This document shows, in pieces, positions 19,761 through 31,132 of a stretch of 64,000 nt of DNA; the stretch's first letter is position 1; the number at the start of each line of letters is the position of its first letter. The notes beneath the pieces were generated by a model. The model searched no databases. It was not told the origin of the DNA and worked only from the letters and a program-made list of their open reading frames with translations. The stretch covers positions 39,721 through 103,720 of the forward strand of contig CAYNPL010000008.1 in the NCBI GenBank assembly GCA_964399135.1, in the 5' to 3' direction. Position numbers and translations under genes: made by a program. This DNA comes from an uncultured Gaiellales bacterium (GTDB taxonomy: Bacteria > Actinomycetota > Thermoleophilia > RBG-16-64-13).

Positions 19761-20762
19761 CTAGTAGCGGCGTCTTTTCACCCTCTGCGAGCTCCGGTAC
19801 AGCGTATCGAACTCCTCCAGCGAGCGGCCCGAACCGACGGCCACGCAGGTGAGCGGGGACTCGGCCAGGTTGACCGGCATCTGAGTCTCCTCGCGCACGC
19901 GCTCGCACATGCCCCGCAACAACGAGCCGCCGCCGGCCAGCATGATCCCCCGGTCCATGATGTCGGAGGCCAGCTCCGGGGGGGTCTTGTCGAGAGTGGA
20001 CTTGATGGCATCGACGATAGCCGCCACCGGCTCGGCGATGGCCTCCCTGACCTCCTCTGAGGAGATGACCAGGTTCTTGGGAAGCCCGGTGACCAGGTCG
20101 CGCCCGCGGATCTCGGCTTCTTCCTCATGCTCCAAGGGGTAGGCGGAGCCGATCTCCAGTTTGAGCTCCTCAGCCGTCTGACTGCCGATCATCAGCTTAT
20201 ATTCCTTCTTGATGTAGGCGATTATCGCCTCGTCGAGTTCGTCGCCGCCGATGCGGATGGACTGGGCGACGACGATACCGGCGAGGGAGATCACGGCCAC
20301 CTCGCTCGTGCCTCCTCCGATATCGACGATCATACTGCCGGTGGGTTCCCCGACGGGCAGCCCGGCCCCGATGGCCGCCGCCATCGGCTCCTCGATGAGG
20401 TAAGCGGCGCGCGCACCGGCGCTGATGGTGGCTTCCTCCACCGCCCGCCGCTCGACCCCGGTGACCCCTGACGGCACGCATACCACCACGCGCGGGTGAG
20501 CCCAGCGGTTCTGGTGGACCCGTTGGATGAAGTGTCGCAGCATCTGCTCGGTCACGTCGAAGTCGGCGATGACCCCGTCCTTGAGCGGCCGGATGGCCGT
20601 GATGGTCCCCGGGGTGCGCCCCAGCATGCGCTTGGCGTCGGCCCCCACGGCGAGGACCTCACCCGTGCGGGAGTCGATGGCGACCACGGAAGGTTCGGAA
20701 AGCACGATACCCCGCCCCCGCAGGTAGACGAGGGTGGTGGCGGTACCCAGGTCGACGGCCAT
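19761..20762 (-). CDS. mreB: rod shape-determining protein MreB (actin homologue)
   Basis: [30 protein letters not shown]... with actin-fold phosphate motifs. See the finding on a conserved N-terminal extension lacking a canonical start codon. Confidence 0.92.
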   Translation of the reverse strand: MAVDLGTATTLVYLRGRGIVLSEPSVVAIDSRTGEVLAVGADAKRMLGRTPGTITAIRPLKDGVIADFDVTEQMLRHFIQRVHQNRWAHPRVVVCVPSGVTGVERRAVEEATISAGARAAYLIEEPMAAAIGAGLPVGEPTGSMIVDIGGGTSEVAVISLAGIVVAQSIRIGGDELDEAIIAYIKKEYKLMIGSQTAEELKLEIGSAYPLEHEEEAEIRGRDLVTGLPKNLVISSEEVREAIAEPVAAIVDAIKSTLDKTPPELASDIMDRGIMLAGGGSLLRGMCERVREETQMPVNLAESPLTCVAVGSGRSLEEFDTLYRSSQRVKRRRY

Positions 20763-20861
20763 GTCGCGGCCGGCGAAGCCGGTGATGAACTCGGTGAAGG
20801 CTATCTCACTACCTCCATGTCGGCGGCTGACGACAGGCCGGCGACTGCAAATGTCCCGGTA

Positions 20862-21536
20862 TTATACCCACTCCCGTCCCAGCAGGTCGAAACCGGCCTC
20901 CCGCAGCAGCCGGGCCAGCAGACACAGGGGCAGCCCCACCACGTTGCTGTACTCGCCCTCTATGCCCGAGACGAAGGTGGCGGCGAGACCCTGGACGGCG
21001 TAGCCGCCGGCCTTGCCCACCCACTCCCTCGAGGCGACGTAGGCGGCGACCGCCCGCTCGTCCAGAGGCAGGAAGGTCACGGCGGTCACCGCATGAGCGA
21101 TCCAGACCCGTCCCACCGGCGGGACTGGAAGAACGGCGTCCGCTCCCGGCCGGGCCTGGTCACACCCTCCCGTCCGCGCCAGGGCCACCCCCGACACCAC
21201 CTGGTGAGTCCGCCCCGCCAACGCCCGAAGCATCCCGGCCGCCTCGACCGCCGACGCCGGCTTGCCCAAGACACTGTCCTCCACACTGACGACCGTGTCG
21301 GTCCCCAGGATGAACGCCCCGGGCGGGGCGTCGGCCGGAACCGAAGCCGCCCGTACCTTGGCCAAGGCATTGCCCTCGGCCAGAGCGGCCGCGGACCCAC
21401 CCGCGAGCGTCTCCTCCACCTCCGCCGAGACGACCTCGTACGGCACCCCCAGCTCCCGCAGCAGCGAATGGCGCCGGGGTGACTGTGAGGCCAGATAGAG
21501 CCGGAAGTCGGAGGGATAGGGGGGCAGGTGCGCCAA
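20862..21536 (-). CDS. maf: Maf-like nucleoside triphosphate pyrophosphatase
   Basis: LYLASQSPRRHSLLRELG Maf N-terminal signature. Lies upstream of mreB as in many genomes. Confidence 0.85.
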   Translation of the reverse strand: MAHLPPYPSDFRLYLASQSPRRHSLLRELGVPYEVVSAEVEETLAGGSAAALAEGNALAKVRAASVPADAPPGAFILGTDTVVSVEDSVLGKPASAVEAAGMLRALAGRTHQVVSGVALARTGGCDQARPGADAVLPVPPVGRVWIAHAVTAVTFLPLDERAVAAYVASREWVGKAGGYAVQGLAATFVSGIEGEYSNVVGLPLCLLARLLREAGFDLLGREWV

Positions 21537-21547
21537 GGGAGAGCCCG

Positions 21548-21973
21548 CTAGACCGTCAGTTCCCCGCCTTCTGGGAAGAAGATGGCGATCTCGCGCTCGG
21601 CGCTGGCCAGACTGTCGGCGCTGTGGACGACGTTGCGGCGCATGTCAAGCCCGAAGTCGCCGCGCACCGTGCCGGGAGCTGCCTCCAGGGGGTTCGTGGC
21701 GCCCATCATCCGCCGCACCACGCTCACCGCCGAGGGGCCTTCGACGACCATGGCGAACACCGGGCCGGAGGTGATGTGGTCGACCAGGAGTTCGTAGAAG
21801 TCCTTGCCTTGATGCTCGGCGTAGTGGCGGGCCGCCATCTCCCGGGTGACCATCAGCATGCGGGCCACCTTGATGGTGAGTCCCCGCCGTTCCATGCGAC
21901 TGATGACCTCTCCCACCAGCCCGCGCGCGACCGCGCTCGGTTTGACCAGCACCAGCGTACGTTCTGTCTCCAC
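21548..21973 (-). CDS. ndk: nucleoside diphosphate kinase
   Basis: [15 protein letters not shown]...NVVHSADS with the active-site His region. Confidence 0.95.
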   Translation of the reverse strand: METERTLVLVKPSAVARGLVGEVISRMERRGLTIKVARMLMVTREMAARHYAEHQGKDFYELLVDHITSGPVFAMVVEGPSAVSVVRRMMGATNPLEAAPGTVRGDFGLDMRRNVVHSADSLASAEREIAIFFPEGGELTV

Positions 21974-22009
21974 AGGTCCCTCCAGGGCGTCAGGCGCGAT
22001 ATCGCGCGG

Positions 22010-22567
22010 TTAGGACAAGGATGGCTGTTTGGCGTCGGTGAGTCCGGCCGGGCCCTGGTCGATGAAACCGGCGGTACTGCCGACCGCTGGTTCCACCGGG
22101 GGAGGGACCCGGCGCGCGCTGACATCACGCCCGCAGTAAGGGCAGAGTTTCCAGCCCGGCTCCAACACCCGGTCGCAGTAGGCGCAGGCACTGCGGAGCG
22201 GCCTCCGACAGTTGGGGCAGGCCAGGTAGTCAGGCTTGACGATGCCGCCGCAGGATGGGCAGGCGCGCAAGGTGTGAAGCTCCTGCTCCATGGCCCGCAT
22301 CTCCAGCTCGCGCTCCCGGGCTTCGGCGAGGTACTCGGCGGGCCGGAGGATGGCGTACACCAGAGTGCCCATGTAGGGGAGCACCAAGGAGGTGAGCACC
22401 GCCACCGCGACGATGATGGGGTCGTCGATGCGCTTGCGCGCGTCTTTGAAGGTCCAGAAGACAAGGACCAGCCACAGGACCACCAGACAGAACAAGAAGA
22501 TGTACAGCGCGAGCATCCACAGCGGGGAGCCGATGATCTTGTTGATGGTCTCGAAGAGATCGTCCAT
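22010..22567 (-). CDS. membrane protein with PLD-nuclease-N-like two-TM N-terminus and double zinc-ribbon C-terminus
   Basis: Two TM helices (PLWMLALYIFLFCLVVLWLVLVFW... / IIVAVAVLTSLVLPYMGTLVYAIL) followed by four CxxC pairs (CPSCGG, CPNCRR, CAYCDR, CPYCGR). AGGAG RBS before the ATG. Confidence 0.6.
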   Translation of the reverse strand: MDDLFETINKIIGSPLWMLALYIFLFCLVVLWLVLVFWTFKDARKRIDDPIIVAVAVLTSLVLPYMGTLVYAILRPAEYLAEARERELEMRAMEQELHTLRACPSCGGIVKPDYLACPNCRRPLRSACAYCDRVLEPGWKLCPYCGRDVSARRVPPPVEPAVGSTAGFIDQGPAGLTDAKQPSLS

Positions 22568-22576
22568 GCGGAGCTC

Positions 22577-22699
22577 CTAGATCAGCACGCGCGCGAGCAC
22601 GTAACCGAGGGTAAAGAATACCACGACGATTATGAGCAACACGAGCAGGGTGATGAACACAGGAGACCCTGCTTTTTTGCCCTTTTTCTCGACTGCCAC
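22577..22699 (-). CDS. candidate 40-aa single-TM micro-protein (GTG start, not in ORF track)
   Basis: Hand translation: VAVEKKGKKAGSPVFITLLVLLIIVVVFFTLGYVLARVLI*. Lys-rich N-terminus plus one hydrophobic helix. The GTG sits 3 nt after the folC stop and the ORF ends 10 nt before the next gene's ATG. The segment is locally A+T-richer. Confidence 0.35.
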   Translation of the reverse strand: MAVEKKGKKAGSPVFITLLVLLIIVVVFFTLGYVLARVLI

Positions 22700-22702
22700 A
22701 GA

Positions 22703-24001
22703 CTAGTTCAACTCCCGCTTGAGGTCGGATATCAGAGTGAACGAACCGGTCACCAGCACCACTTGGTTGGACGTGGCCAGCCGGTAGGCGCTGACCATCG
22801 CCGACCGCGGATCGGGATCGACGAACACTTCCGGCCCTCTGCCTAGACTGGAGATGAGGGCGGCCAGTTCCTCGGCGGGCAGAGCGCGCGGACTGGCCGA
22901 TTGCGTCGCGAAGATGATGTCGCACCGCGGAGCCAAGTGTTCCGCCATCTCCAACGCCTCTTTGTCCTTGAGGATCGACACCACCGCGATCAGCCTCCGC
23001 CGCTCCAGGATCTGATCGAGCGAGCGCATCGTCTCCTCCATGCCCTGCGGGTTGTGGGAGCCGTCGAAGATGCAGAGGGGCTGGGTGCTGATGATCTCCA
23101 GCCGTCCGGGAACGACGGTAGAACCCAGGGCTTGGCGTACGAGGTGGCCGTCAAGCTCCCCCTCGTTGAAGAGCTCGACCGCTCCCACAGCCACTGCCGC
23201 GTTGGCCCGCTGGTAGCTGCCTAGGACGCGGAGGCGCACGTCGGTGTAGCAGCCGTACAAGCCGAAGACGTCGAAGGCCTCTTGTCGAGGCTCGGCCAGC
23301 ACCACCAGTTCCTCACCCAAGAAATGGCAGCGGGCGGCGCGCTCCGCGCAGATCTCTCTCAGTTCGGCCTTGAGACCGGGCTCGAGTGCGCCCGCGACCA
23401 CCCGGCCGCCGCGCGGTATCACCGCCGCCTTCTCTTTGAGGATGGCGGAGGTCGTGTCCCCCAGGAGCTCGGTGTGCTCCAAGCCGATGCTGGTCAGCAC
23501 CTGGACCTCCGAAGAGATCACCGCCGTGGCGTCCAGACGGCCCCCCAGACCGGCCTCGATGACCGCGACCTCGCAGCCCTTCTCTTTGAAGTAGAGGAAG
23601 GCGGCGGCGGTCAGGACCTCGAACTGGGTGAGTGACTCCCCGGGGGCGAAGGTCCGCTCCACCTCCTCGATGACGGGACGGATACGGGCGACCAGCCCGC
23701 AGAACTCCTCCTCGGTGGAGGCCACGCCGTCCACCATCTGCCGCTCGGCCAGGCTGATCAGGTGCGGTGACACGTACGCCCCCACTCGGAGGCCTTGGGC
23801 CTGCAGCAAGGCGGCGATGAACCGCGTGGTCGAGCTCTTGCCGTTCGTCCCCACCACGTGGATGGTCCGATAGGTCTTGTGCGGCGACCCCAAAGCCTCC
23901 ACCAGCTTGGTGACCCGCTCCAGACCCAGGCGAGTGCCCAGGCGCTCGAGGCCGTCGACGTAGGCCCAGACCTCGCGGTAGTCGCAGGCGGGAGCGCTCA
24001 C
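22703..24001 (-). CDS. folC: bifunctional folylpolyglutamate synthase / dihydrofolate synthase. Start trimmed to the GTG overlapping the valS stop.
   Basis: Mur-ligase fold with GTNGKSS P-loop and a FolC C-domain. The first roughly 97 aa of the ORF-track ORF are Gly-rich shadow overlapping valS. Confidence 0.85.
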   Translation of the reverse strand: MSAPACDYREVWAYVDGLERLGTRLGLERVTKLVEALGSPHKTYRTIHVVGTNGKSSTTRFIAALLQAQGLRVGAYVSPHLISLAERQMVDGVASTEEEFCGLVARIRPVIEEVERTFAPGESLTQFEVLTAAAFLYFKEKGCEVAVIEAGLGGRLDATAVISSEVQVLTSIGLEHTELLGDTTSAILKEKAAVIPRGGRVVAGALEPGLKAELREICAERAARCHFLGEELVVLAEPRQEAFDVFGLYGCYTDVRLRVLGSYQRANAAVAVGAVELFNEGELDGHLVRQALGSTVVPGRLEIISTQPLCIFDGSHNPQGMEETMRSLDQILERRRLIAVVSILKDKEALEMAEHLAPRCDIIFATQSASPRALPAEELAALISSLGRGPEVFVDPDPRSAMVSAYRLATSNQVVLVTGSFTLISDLKRELN

Positions 24002-26673
24002 CGTGCGCCTGCCTCGATGGCGGGCATCTCCCCGCCCACTCGTTCTTGGTACTGCCGCCGCACCTCGGCCAGGGTGGCTTCCGCCGCGGCCAGCCGATCT
24101 CGTTCTTCCTGCACCACCTGCTCGGGCGCCTTGGCCAGAAAGCCCTGATTGCCCAACTTGCCCCGAGCCTTGGCCGCCTCCGCCTGGGCCTTGCGGGCCT
24201 TGTTGAGCAATCTCTCCCGCTCCCGGTCCACGTCCACCAGACCGGCGAGCGCCAGTAGGGCCCGCACCCCCGGACCCTCCACCGAGGCCCACCGGCCGTC
24301 GCCGCCGGGAGCGGAGCCCGCCGCGATTTCACAGCCGGACAGTTGCGTGAACGCTTTGGACTCCCCCAAGATCGCGGCCGCCGCCCCCGGGATGGACTCC
24401 TCCACCCAGACCTTACCCTCGGTGTCCCGAGGCAGACCGAGCTCCTCCCGGGTCGAGCGCAGACCGGCCACCACCGCCATGAAGCCTTCCATCGCCATCT
24501 CGGCGGCGGGGTCACTCCAGCCGGGGTCCGCTTCGAGGTAGCTGGAATCGAACAGGCTGGCCGGCCGGTCTCCCCCGCTCACCTGTGGCAGATAGCCGTA
24601 GATCTCCTCGGTCACGAAGGGCATGAGGGGATGAAGGAGCGCCATCACCTGTTCCAAGAGGACGAGAAGATTGCCGCTCACCTGCAGCCGTTCGGCCTCG
24701 TCTTCGCTGTATAGCCGCACCTTGGCCATCTCCAGATACCAGTCGCACAGCTCGTTCCAGACGAACCGGTAGAGAGTGCGGGCCACGTCGTCGAACTCGT
24801 AGCTCTCGTACAGCCGCGCCGTCTCTTCGCCGACCGCGGCCATCCGGCTGAAGATCCAGCGGTCGGCCGGAGTGGCCCGCTCCACCCGAGGCTCAGCCTG
24901 CGGGTGAGCCCCCTGCAACACCAGGCGGGAAGCGTTCCAGATCTTGTTGGCGAAGTTGCGGCCCATCTCGATGCGCTCGGGGCTGAAGCGAACATCCTGG
25001 ACTGAGCTCATGTAGGCCAGCCCGAAGCGGGTGGCGTCGGCCCCGTAGTCGGCGATCAACTCCAGGGGGTCCACCCCCGTCCCCAAGCTCTTGCTCATGC
25101 GCCGCCCGTCGGCGGCCAGCACGGTCGGGTGGATGATGACGTCCCTAAAGGGTACGTCTCCCATGAACTCCAGGCCCATCATGATCATGCGGGCCACCCA
25201 TAGGTAGATGATGTCCCGCGCGGTCGACAGGACGTCCGTGGGATAGAAGGCCCGCAGACGGTCGGTCTGCTCCGGCCAACCCAGGGTGGCGAAGGGCCAC
25301 AGTTGGGAGCTGAACCAGGTATCGAGGACGTCCTCCTCCTGCCGCACCGGCCCGCCGCAGTTCTCGCACCCTGCGGGAGCCGTCTCGGCCACGGTGATGT
25401 GGTCGCACTCTTCGCAGAAGTAGGCGGGGATCCGGTGTCCCCACCATAGTTGCCGGCTGACACACCACGGCCGGATGCTCCGCATCCAGTCCAGGTACAC
25501 CTCGCCCCAGCGGGCGGGCCAGAAGCGGACCCGGCCTTCTTCCACGGCGGCGATGGCGGGAGCGGCCAACCGTTTCATGTCCATGAACCACTGCAGTGAC
25601 AGCAGGGGCTCGATGGTCGTCCCGCACCGATAACAGGTGCCGACCGCGTGGTTGTAGTCCTCCGCCTTGACGAAGAGACCTTCCTCCTGCAGCCGGGCCA
25701 GCACCGCCTCTCGCGCCTCCGCGGCGGGCAGACCCACGAACTCGCCGGCTTCAGCGGTCATCAACCCGTTCAGACCGATGACGGAGAGGCTGGGCAGGCC
25801 GTGGCGCATGCCGATCTCCCAGTCGTCGGGGTCGTGCCCAGGCGTTATCTTGAGAGCGCCGGTGCCGAAACCGATGTCCACATGCTCGTCGGCGATGATG
25901 GGTACTTCCCGGCCGACCAGGGGGACCACGGCGGTGCCTCCCACGAACCGGCCGTAGCGGGGGTCCTTGGGATTGACGGCCACCGCGGTGTCTCCCAGGA
26001 TCGTCTCGGGCCGGGTGGTGGCGACGGTCAACGCCTCGTTGGACCCGGCGATCGGGTACCTGACGTAGTAGAGCTTGGCCGCCCGGTCTTCGTGCTCCAC
26101 CTCCAGGTCGGAGATGGCCGATCCGCAGCGGACGCACCAGTTGACCAGGTAGACGTCGCGGTAGATGTCGCCCTGTCGGTAGAGGTCGACGAACACCTTG
26201 GCCACAGCCTTCTGATAGGCCTCGTCCATGGTGAAGCGTTCGCCCTCATAGTCGCAGGCGCAGCCCAGCCGCTTTAGCTGGTGGATGATGGTGGAACCGT
26301 ACTCTTCCCGCCACTTCCACACCCGCTCTTCGAACGCCTTGCGACCCAGGTCCTCCTTGCGCAGCCCCTCCGCCGCCAGCTGTCCTTCCACCTTGTTCTG
26401 GGTGGCGATGCCGGCATGGTCGGTCCCCAGTATCCAAAGGGTGTTGCGGCCGCGCAGATGCTGGTAGCGGATGAGGATGTCCTGGATGGTGTCGTTGAGG
26501 GCGTGCCCCATGTGGAGCGACCCGGTGACGTTGGGCGGGGGGATGGCGATGACGAAGGCGGGCCGGGGATCGTCGGGCGCGGCCCGGAAGGCCGAGCGAT
26601 CCAGCCAGCGCTTCATCAACCGTTCTTCCACCTCGTGCGGCGCGTAGCGGGCCGCCATGTTCGCCGCCGTCAC
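23998..26673 (-). CDS. valS: valine--tRNA ligase
   Basis: 891 aa, HMGH (PPPNVTGSLHMGHAL) and KMSKS motifs, C-terminal coiled coil. Confidence 0.95.
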   Translation of the reverse strand: MTAANMAARYAPHEVEERLMKRWLDRSAFRAAPDDPRPAFVIAIPPPNVTGSLHMGHALNDTIQDILIRYQHLRGRNTLWILGTDHAGIATQNKVEGQLAAEGLRKEDLGRKAFEERVWKWREEYGSTIIHQLKRLGCACDYEGERFTMDEAYQKAVAKVFVDLYRQGDIYRDVYLVNWCVRCGSAISDLEVEHEDRAAKLYYVRYPIAGSNEALTVATTRPETILGDTAVAVNPKDPRYGRFVGGTAVVPLVGREVPIIADEHVDIGFGTGALKITPGHDPDDWEIGMRHGLPSLSVIGLNGLMTAEAGEFVGLPAAEAREAVLARLQEEGLFVKAEDYNHAVGTCYRCGTTIEPLLSLQWFMDMKRLAAPAIAAVEEGRVRFWPARWGEVYLDWMRSIRPWCVSRQLWWGHRIPAYFCEECDHITVAETAPAGCENCGGPVRQEEDVLDTWFSSQLWPFATLGWPEQTDRLRAFYPTDVLSTARDIIYLWVARMIMMGLEFMGDVPFRDVIIHPTVLAADGRRMSKSLGTGVDPLELIADYGADATRFGLAYMSSVQDVRFSPERIEMGRNFANKIWNASRLVLQGAHPQAEPRVERATPADRWIFSRMAAVGEETARLYESYEFDDVARTLYRFVWNELCDWYLEMAKVRLYSEDEAERLQVSGNLLVLLEQVMALLHPLMPFVTEEIYGYLPQVSGGDRPASLFDSSYLEADPGWSDPAAEMAMEGFMAVVAGLRSTREELGLPRDTEGKVWVEESIPGAAAAILGESKAFTQLSGCEIAAGSAPGGDGRWASVEGPGVRALLALAGLVDVDRERERLLNKARKAQAEAAKARGKLGNQGFLAKAPEQVVQEERDRLAAAEATLAEVRRQYQERVGGEMPAIEAGAR

Positions 26674-29228
26674 CTCGGCTCCGCTCCTTCTGGCCGCCCG
26701 GCCACACCCAGCAGGGCGTGCGGCAGCACCTGGATGAAGTTCTCCACGTAGATGATGTCGAGGTCCCTCTTCAGCTCGGCCGGGAGTTCATGGACCTCCG
26801 GGCGGACGGTGGCCGGCAGCACCACCGTCTCCACCCCCTCCCGCAGAGCGGCCAGCAGTTTCTCCTTGAGACCTCCCACCGGCAGCACCTGCCCGGTGAG
26901 GGTGATCTCTCCGGAAAGGGCCACCTTGGGTATCACCGGCACCTGCACCAGAGCCGACAGGAGCGCCGTCGCCACCGCGATGCCGGCCGAGGGCCCTTCC
27001 TTGGGCACCCCGCCTTCGGGGAAGTGCATACGCACCTCGAGCGCGGAGAGGAGTTCGTGGTCGGACGGCTGCCCCGGCTCGCACTCGATCGCTTTGGACT
27101 CAGGCCGGAAGCCGGGCTCCGGTCCTCCCGGGTCGATCATGCGCCCTGCGGGGCGGCGGGAGTCACCGGCAGCGGGCACGGGCCCGCCCTCGTCGCCCGA
27201 ATCGGGCTGCTGATAGTTGTCCAGCAGGTAGGCGCGGCCGGGGGAATCGGCCCACATGCGGGAGAGGACGGGGTCCCGCACCAGGGAGGTCTTCAGGTAC
27301 CCCCAGGCTGCGGTGACGCTCTCCTGCATGATCTCTCCCAACTGGCCGGTGAGGTGGAAGTCACCCTTGCCCGGGGTGACGACGCACTCGATGCGCAGCA
27401 CGTCGCCGCCGGCGCCCGTGTAGGCCAGCCCCAGGCTCACCCCGGTCTGCGGCTCGGTGGCCAGCCGGGGAGACAGGAAGGGAGCCGGACCCACCAAGCG
27501 GGCCAGGTCGCGCGGGCCCACCCGCCGGGGAACTGCCTTCCCCTCCACCTTCTGCCGGGCCAGTTTGCGGTACACCTTGCCGATGAGCCGGGCCATCTCC
27601 CGCACCCCCGCCTCGCGCGTGTACTCGCGGATGAGCGCACGCAGCGCCGCGGGAGTGAACACGTTGCCCAACTCGCCCAGTCCGCTTTCTTCCGCGATCT
27701 TGGGCACCAGATGCCGGGTGGCGATCTCCAGCTTCTCCCGGTCCGTGTAGCCGGGCAGACGGATGATCTCCAGCCGGTCGTGCAGCGTCTCCGGGATATC
27801 TTCCTCGTAGTTGGCGGTCGCGATGAAGAAGACGTGCGACAGGTCGTACTCCAGCTCTAGGTAGTTGTCCCGGAAGGACCGGTTCTGCACGGGGTCGAGG
27901 ACCTCCATGAGGGCGGCGGCCGGGTCACCCCTCCAGTCGGCCTCCATCTTGTCGATCTCATCCAGGACGATCACGGGATCGTCCACCCCCGCCCGCTTGA
28001 GAGCGTCGATGATGCGGCCGGGCATGGCCCCCACGTAGGTGCGGCGATGGCCGCGTATCTCGCCCTCGTCACGCACCCCGCCCAGACTGATGCGCTGGAG
28101 CGGACGCTCGAGGCCCTGGGCGGTGGCCATGGCCACCGACGTCTTGCCCACTCCGGGCGGCCCCACCAGGCAGAGGATGGCGTTAGGGGGAGTGCCCCCT
28201 CGCAGAGATGCCACCGCCAGGTATTCGATGATGCGGTCTTTGACGCTCTCCAAGCCGTAATGGGTCTCATCCAAGACCCGGGCCACCGCCGCCACGTCGG
28301 GCGTGGCCGACCCCGAGCGCACTCCCCAGGGCAGTCCCAGCGCGGTGTCGAGATAGGTCTTGGCCACCGCCACCTCAGCCGACAGCGGCGGCAGGTCGCT
28401 GAGCCGCTTGATCTCTTTGGTGAGAGCGGCCGCCGCCGCCTCCGGCAGTCTCTTGCCCTCCAACTGCTTGAGGTAGGCTCCGCGTTCGCTCTCCTCCTCG
28501 CCTTCCTCCCCCAGCTCTTCCTGGAGGACCTTGAGCCGTTCGTGGAGGAACACCCGGCGCTGCTGGCGCTCGAAGCTGTCGTGTACCCGTTCGGAGATCT
28601 CGTTCTCAAGGGCGATGAACTCGTTCTCCTGGATCAGGGTTTCGAGCAAGAGCAGCAGCCGGGCCTCGGGCTCGTCGCCCTCCAGCAGTTCCTGCTTGCG
28701 GTCGGGCCCGATCATGAGGTTGGAGCCGACCACGTTGACCATGCCCTCCGGGTCGGTGACCGTCTCCAAGGCCGTCTCGGCCTCTTCGGGAAGCTGCGGG
28801 GTCTGCCCCACGTAGGCGGCGAACTCCCGGGCCACCGAGTCCATGAGCGCCCGCATCCGTGGCCACTTGGCCGGCGACCGGCTGACGATGGGAGTGTAGG
28901 TGACCGCGAAGAACGGCGCCGTCGCCGTGTAGCCCTCGATGATGACCCGCTCGCGCCCCTCGATGAGGGCCTTCAGGGTGCCGTCGGACAGACGGGAGAA
29001 CTGCACCACCTTGGCCAGCGTCCCCACCGAGTAGATGTCTTCCGGCCCGGGGTCGTCGGTGACGGCCGACCGTTGCGCGGCCATCACCAAGAGGCCGCCG
29101 GTCTGCTGAGTCTGCTCCAGGGCGCGGACGCCCTTCTCCCTCTCCACGAAGATGGGAGCGAGCATGCCCGGGAAGAGCACGAGGTCACGGGTGGCTAACA
29201 GCGGGACCGCCCGCTTGGTCTCTACCAT
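26670..29228 (-). CDS. lon: ATP-dependent protease Lon (LonA type)
   Basis: Lon N domain, AAA+ module (GPPGVGKTS), Ser-Lys dyad region (PKEGPSAGIA ... K). Carries a roughly 70-aa Gly/Pro/Asp-rich insertion in the protease domain (see finding). Confidence 0.9.
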   Translation of the reverse strand: MVETKRAVPLLATRDLVLFPGMLAPIFVEREKGVRALEQTQQTGGLLVMAAQRSAVTDDPGPEDIYSVGTLAKVVQFSRLSDGTLKALIEGRERVIIEGYTATAPFFAVTYTPIVSRSPAKWPRMRALMDSVAREFAAYVGQTPQLPEEAETALETVTDPEGMVNVVGSNLMIGPDRKQELLEGDEPEARLLLLLETLIQENEFIALENEISERVHDSFERQQRRVFLHERLKVLQEELGEEGEEESERGAYLKQLEGKRLPEAAAAALTKEIKRLSDLPPLSAEVAVAKTYLDTALGLPWGVRSGSATPDVAAVARVLDETHYGLESVKDRIIEYLAVASLRGGTPPNAILCLVGPPGVGKTSVAMATAQGLERPLQRISLGGVRDEGEIRGHRRTYVGAMPGRIIDALKRAGVDDPVIVLDEIDKMEADWRGDPAAALMEVLDPVQNRSFRDNYLELEYDLSHVFFIATANYEEDIPETLHDRLEIIRLPGYTDREKLEIATRHLVPKIAEESGLGELGNVFTPAALRALIREYTREAGVREMARLIGKVYRKLARQKVEGKAVPRRVGPRDLARLVGPAPFLSPRLATEPQTGVSLGLAYTGAGGDVLRIECVVTPGKGDFHLTGQLGEIMQESVTAAWGYLKTSLVRDPVLSRMWADSPGRAYLLDNYQQPDSGDEGGPVPAAGDSRRPAGRMIDPGGPEPGFRPESKAIECEPGQPSDHELLSALEVRMHFPEGGVPKEGPSAGIAVATALLSALVQVPVIPKVALSGEITLTGQVLPVGGLKEKLLAALREGVETVVLPATVRPEVHELPAELKRDLDIIYVENFIQVLPHALLGVAGRPEGAEPR

Positions 29229-29240
29229 CGTCCGTCCCGC

Positions 29241-30509
<1,269 letters not shown>

Positions 30510-30520
30510 GAGACGACCCC

Positions 30521-31132
30521 CTACCTGTGCTCGATGATCTTGTCGACGATCCCGTACGCGACGGACTCCTCTGCGGTCATGAAGTAGTCCCGCTCGGTGT
30601 CGCGCTCGACCTTCTCCAATTCCTGCCCCGTGTGTTTGGCCAATATCTCGTCCAGCCGCTTGCGCAGGCTGAGAGCCTCTCGGGCATGGATCTCGATGTC
30701 GGTGGCCGGCCCCTCGAACCCGCCCGAGACCTGATGGATCAGTATCTTCGAATTCGGGAGAGCGAAGCGTTTACCTTTAGCCCCCCCGGCCAAGAGCAGC
30801 GCCCCCATCGACATGGCGATGCCAACGCAGATGGTGGAGACGTCGGGCTTGATGAACTGCATGGTGTCGTACACCGCCAGCCCGGCGTAGACGTTGCCGC
30901 CGGGGCTGTTGATGTAGAGGGAGATGTCCTTGTCGGGATCCTCGGATTCAAGGTGCAACAGTTGAGCCACCACCAGGTTGGCCACTTGGTCGTTGATGGG
31001 CGTGCCCAAGAAGATGATGCGCTCGGCCAGCAGGCGCGAGTAGATGTCGAAGGCCCGTTCGCCTCGGCTGGTCTGCTCGACCACCATGGGGATGAGTGGA
31101 CTCACGGCGACCTCCTTTCTGCCTGGACTCAA
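30521..31132 (-). CDS. clpP: ATP-dependent Clp protease proteolytic subunit ClpP
   Basis: [22 protein letters not shown]... catalytic-triad context. Only one clpP copy is present in this window. Confidence 0.95.
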   Translation of the reverse strand: MSPGRKEVAVSPLIPMVVEQTSRGERAFDIYSRLLAERIIFLGTPINDQVANLVVAQLLHLESEDPDKDISLYINSPGGNVYAGLAVYDTMQFIKPDVSTICVGIAMSMGALLLAGGAKGKRFALPNSKILIHQVSGGFEGPATDIEIHAREALSLRKRLDEILAKHTGQELEKVERDTERDYFMTAEESVAYGIVDKIIEHR

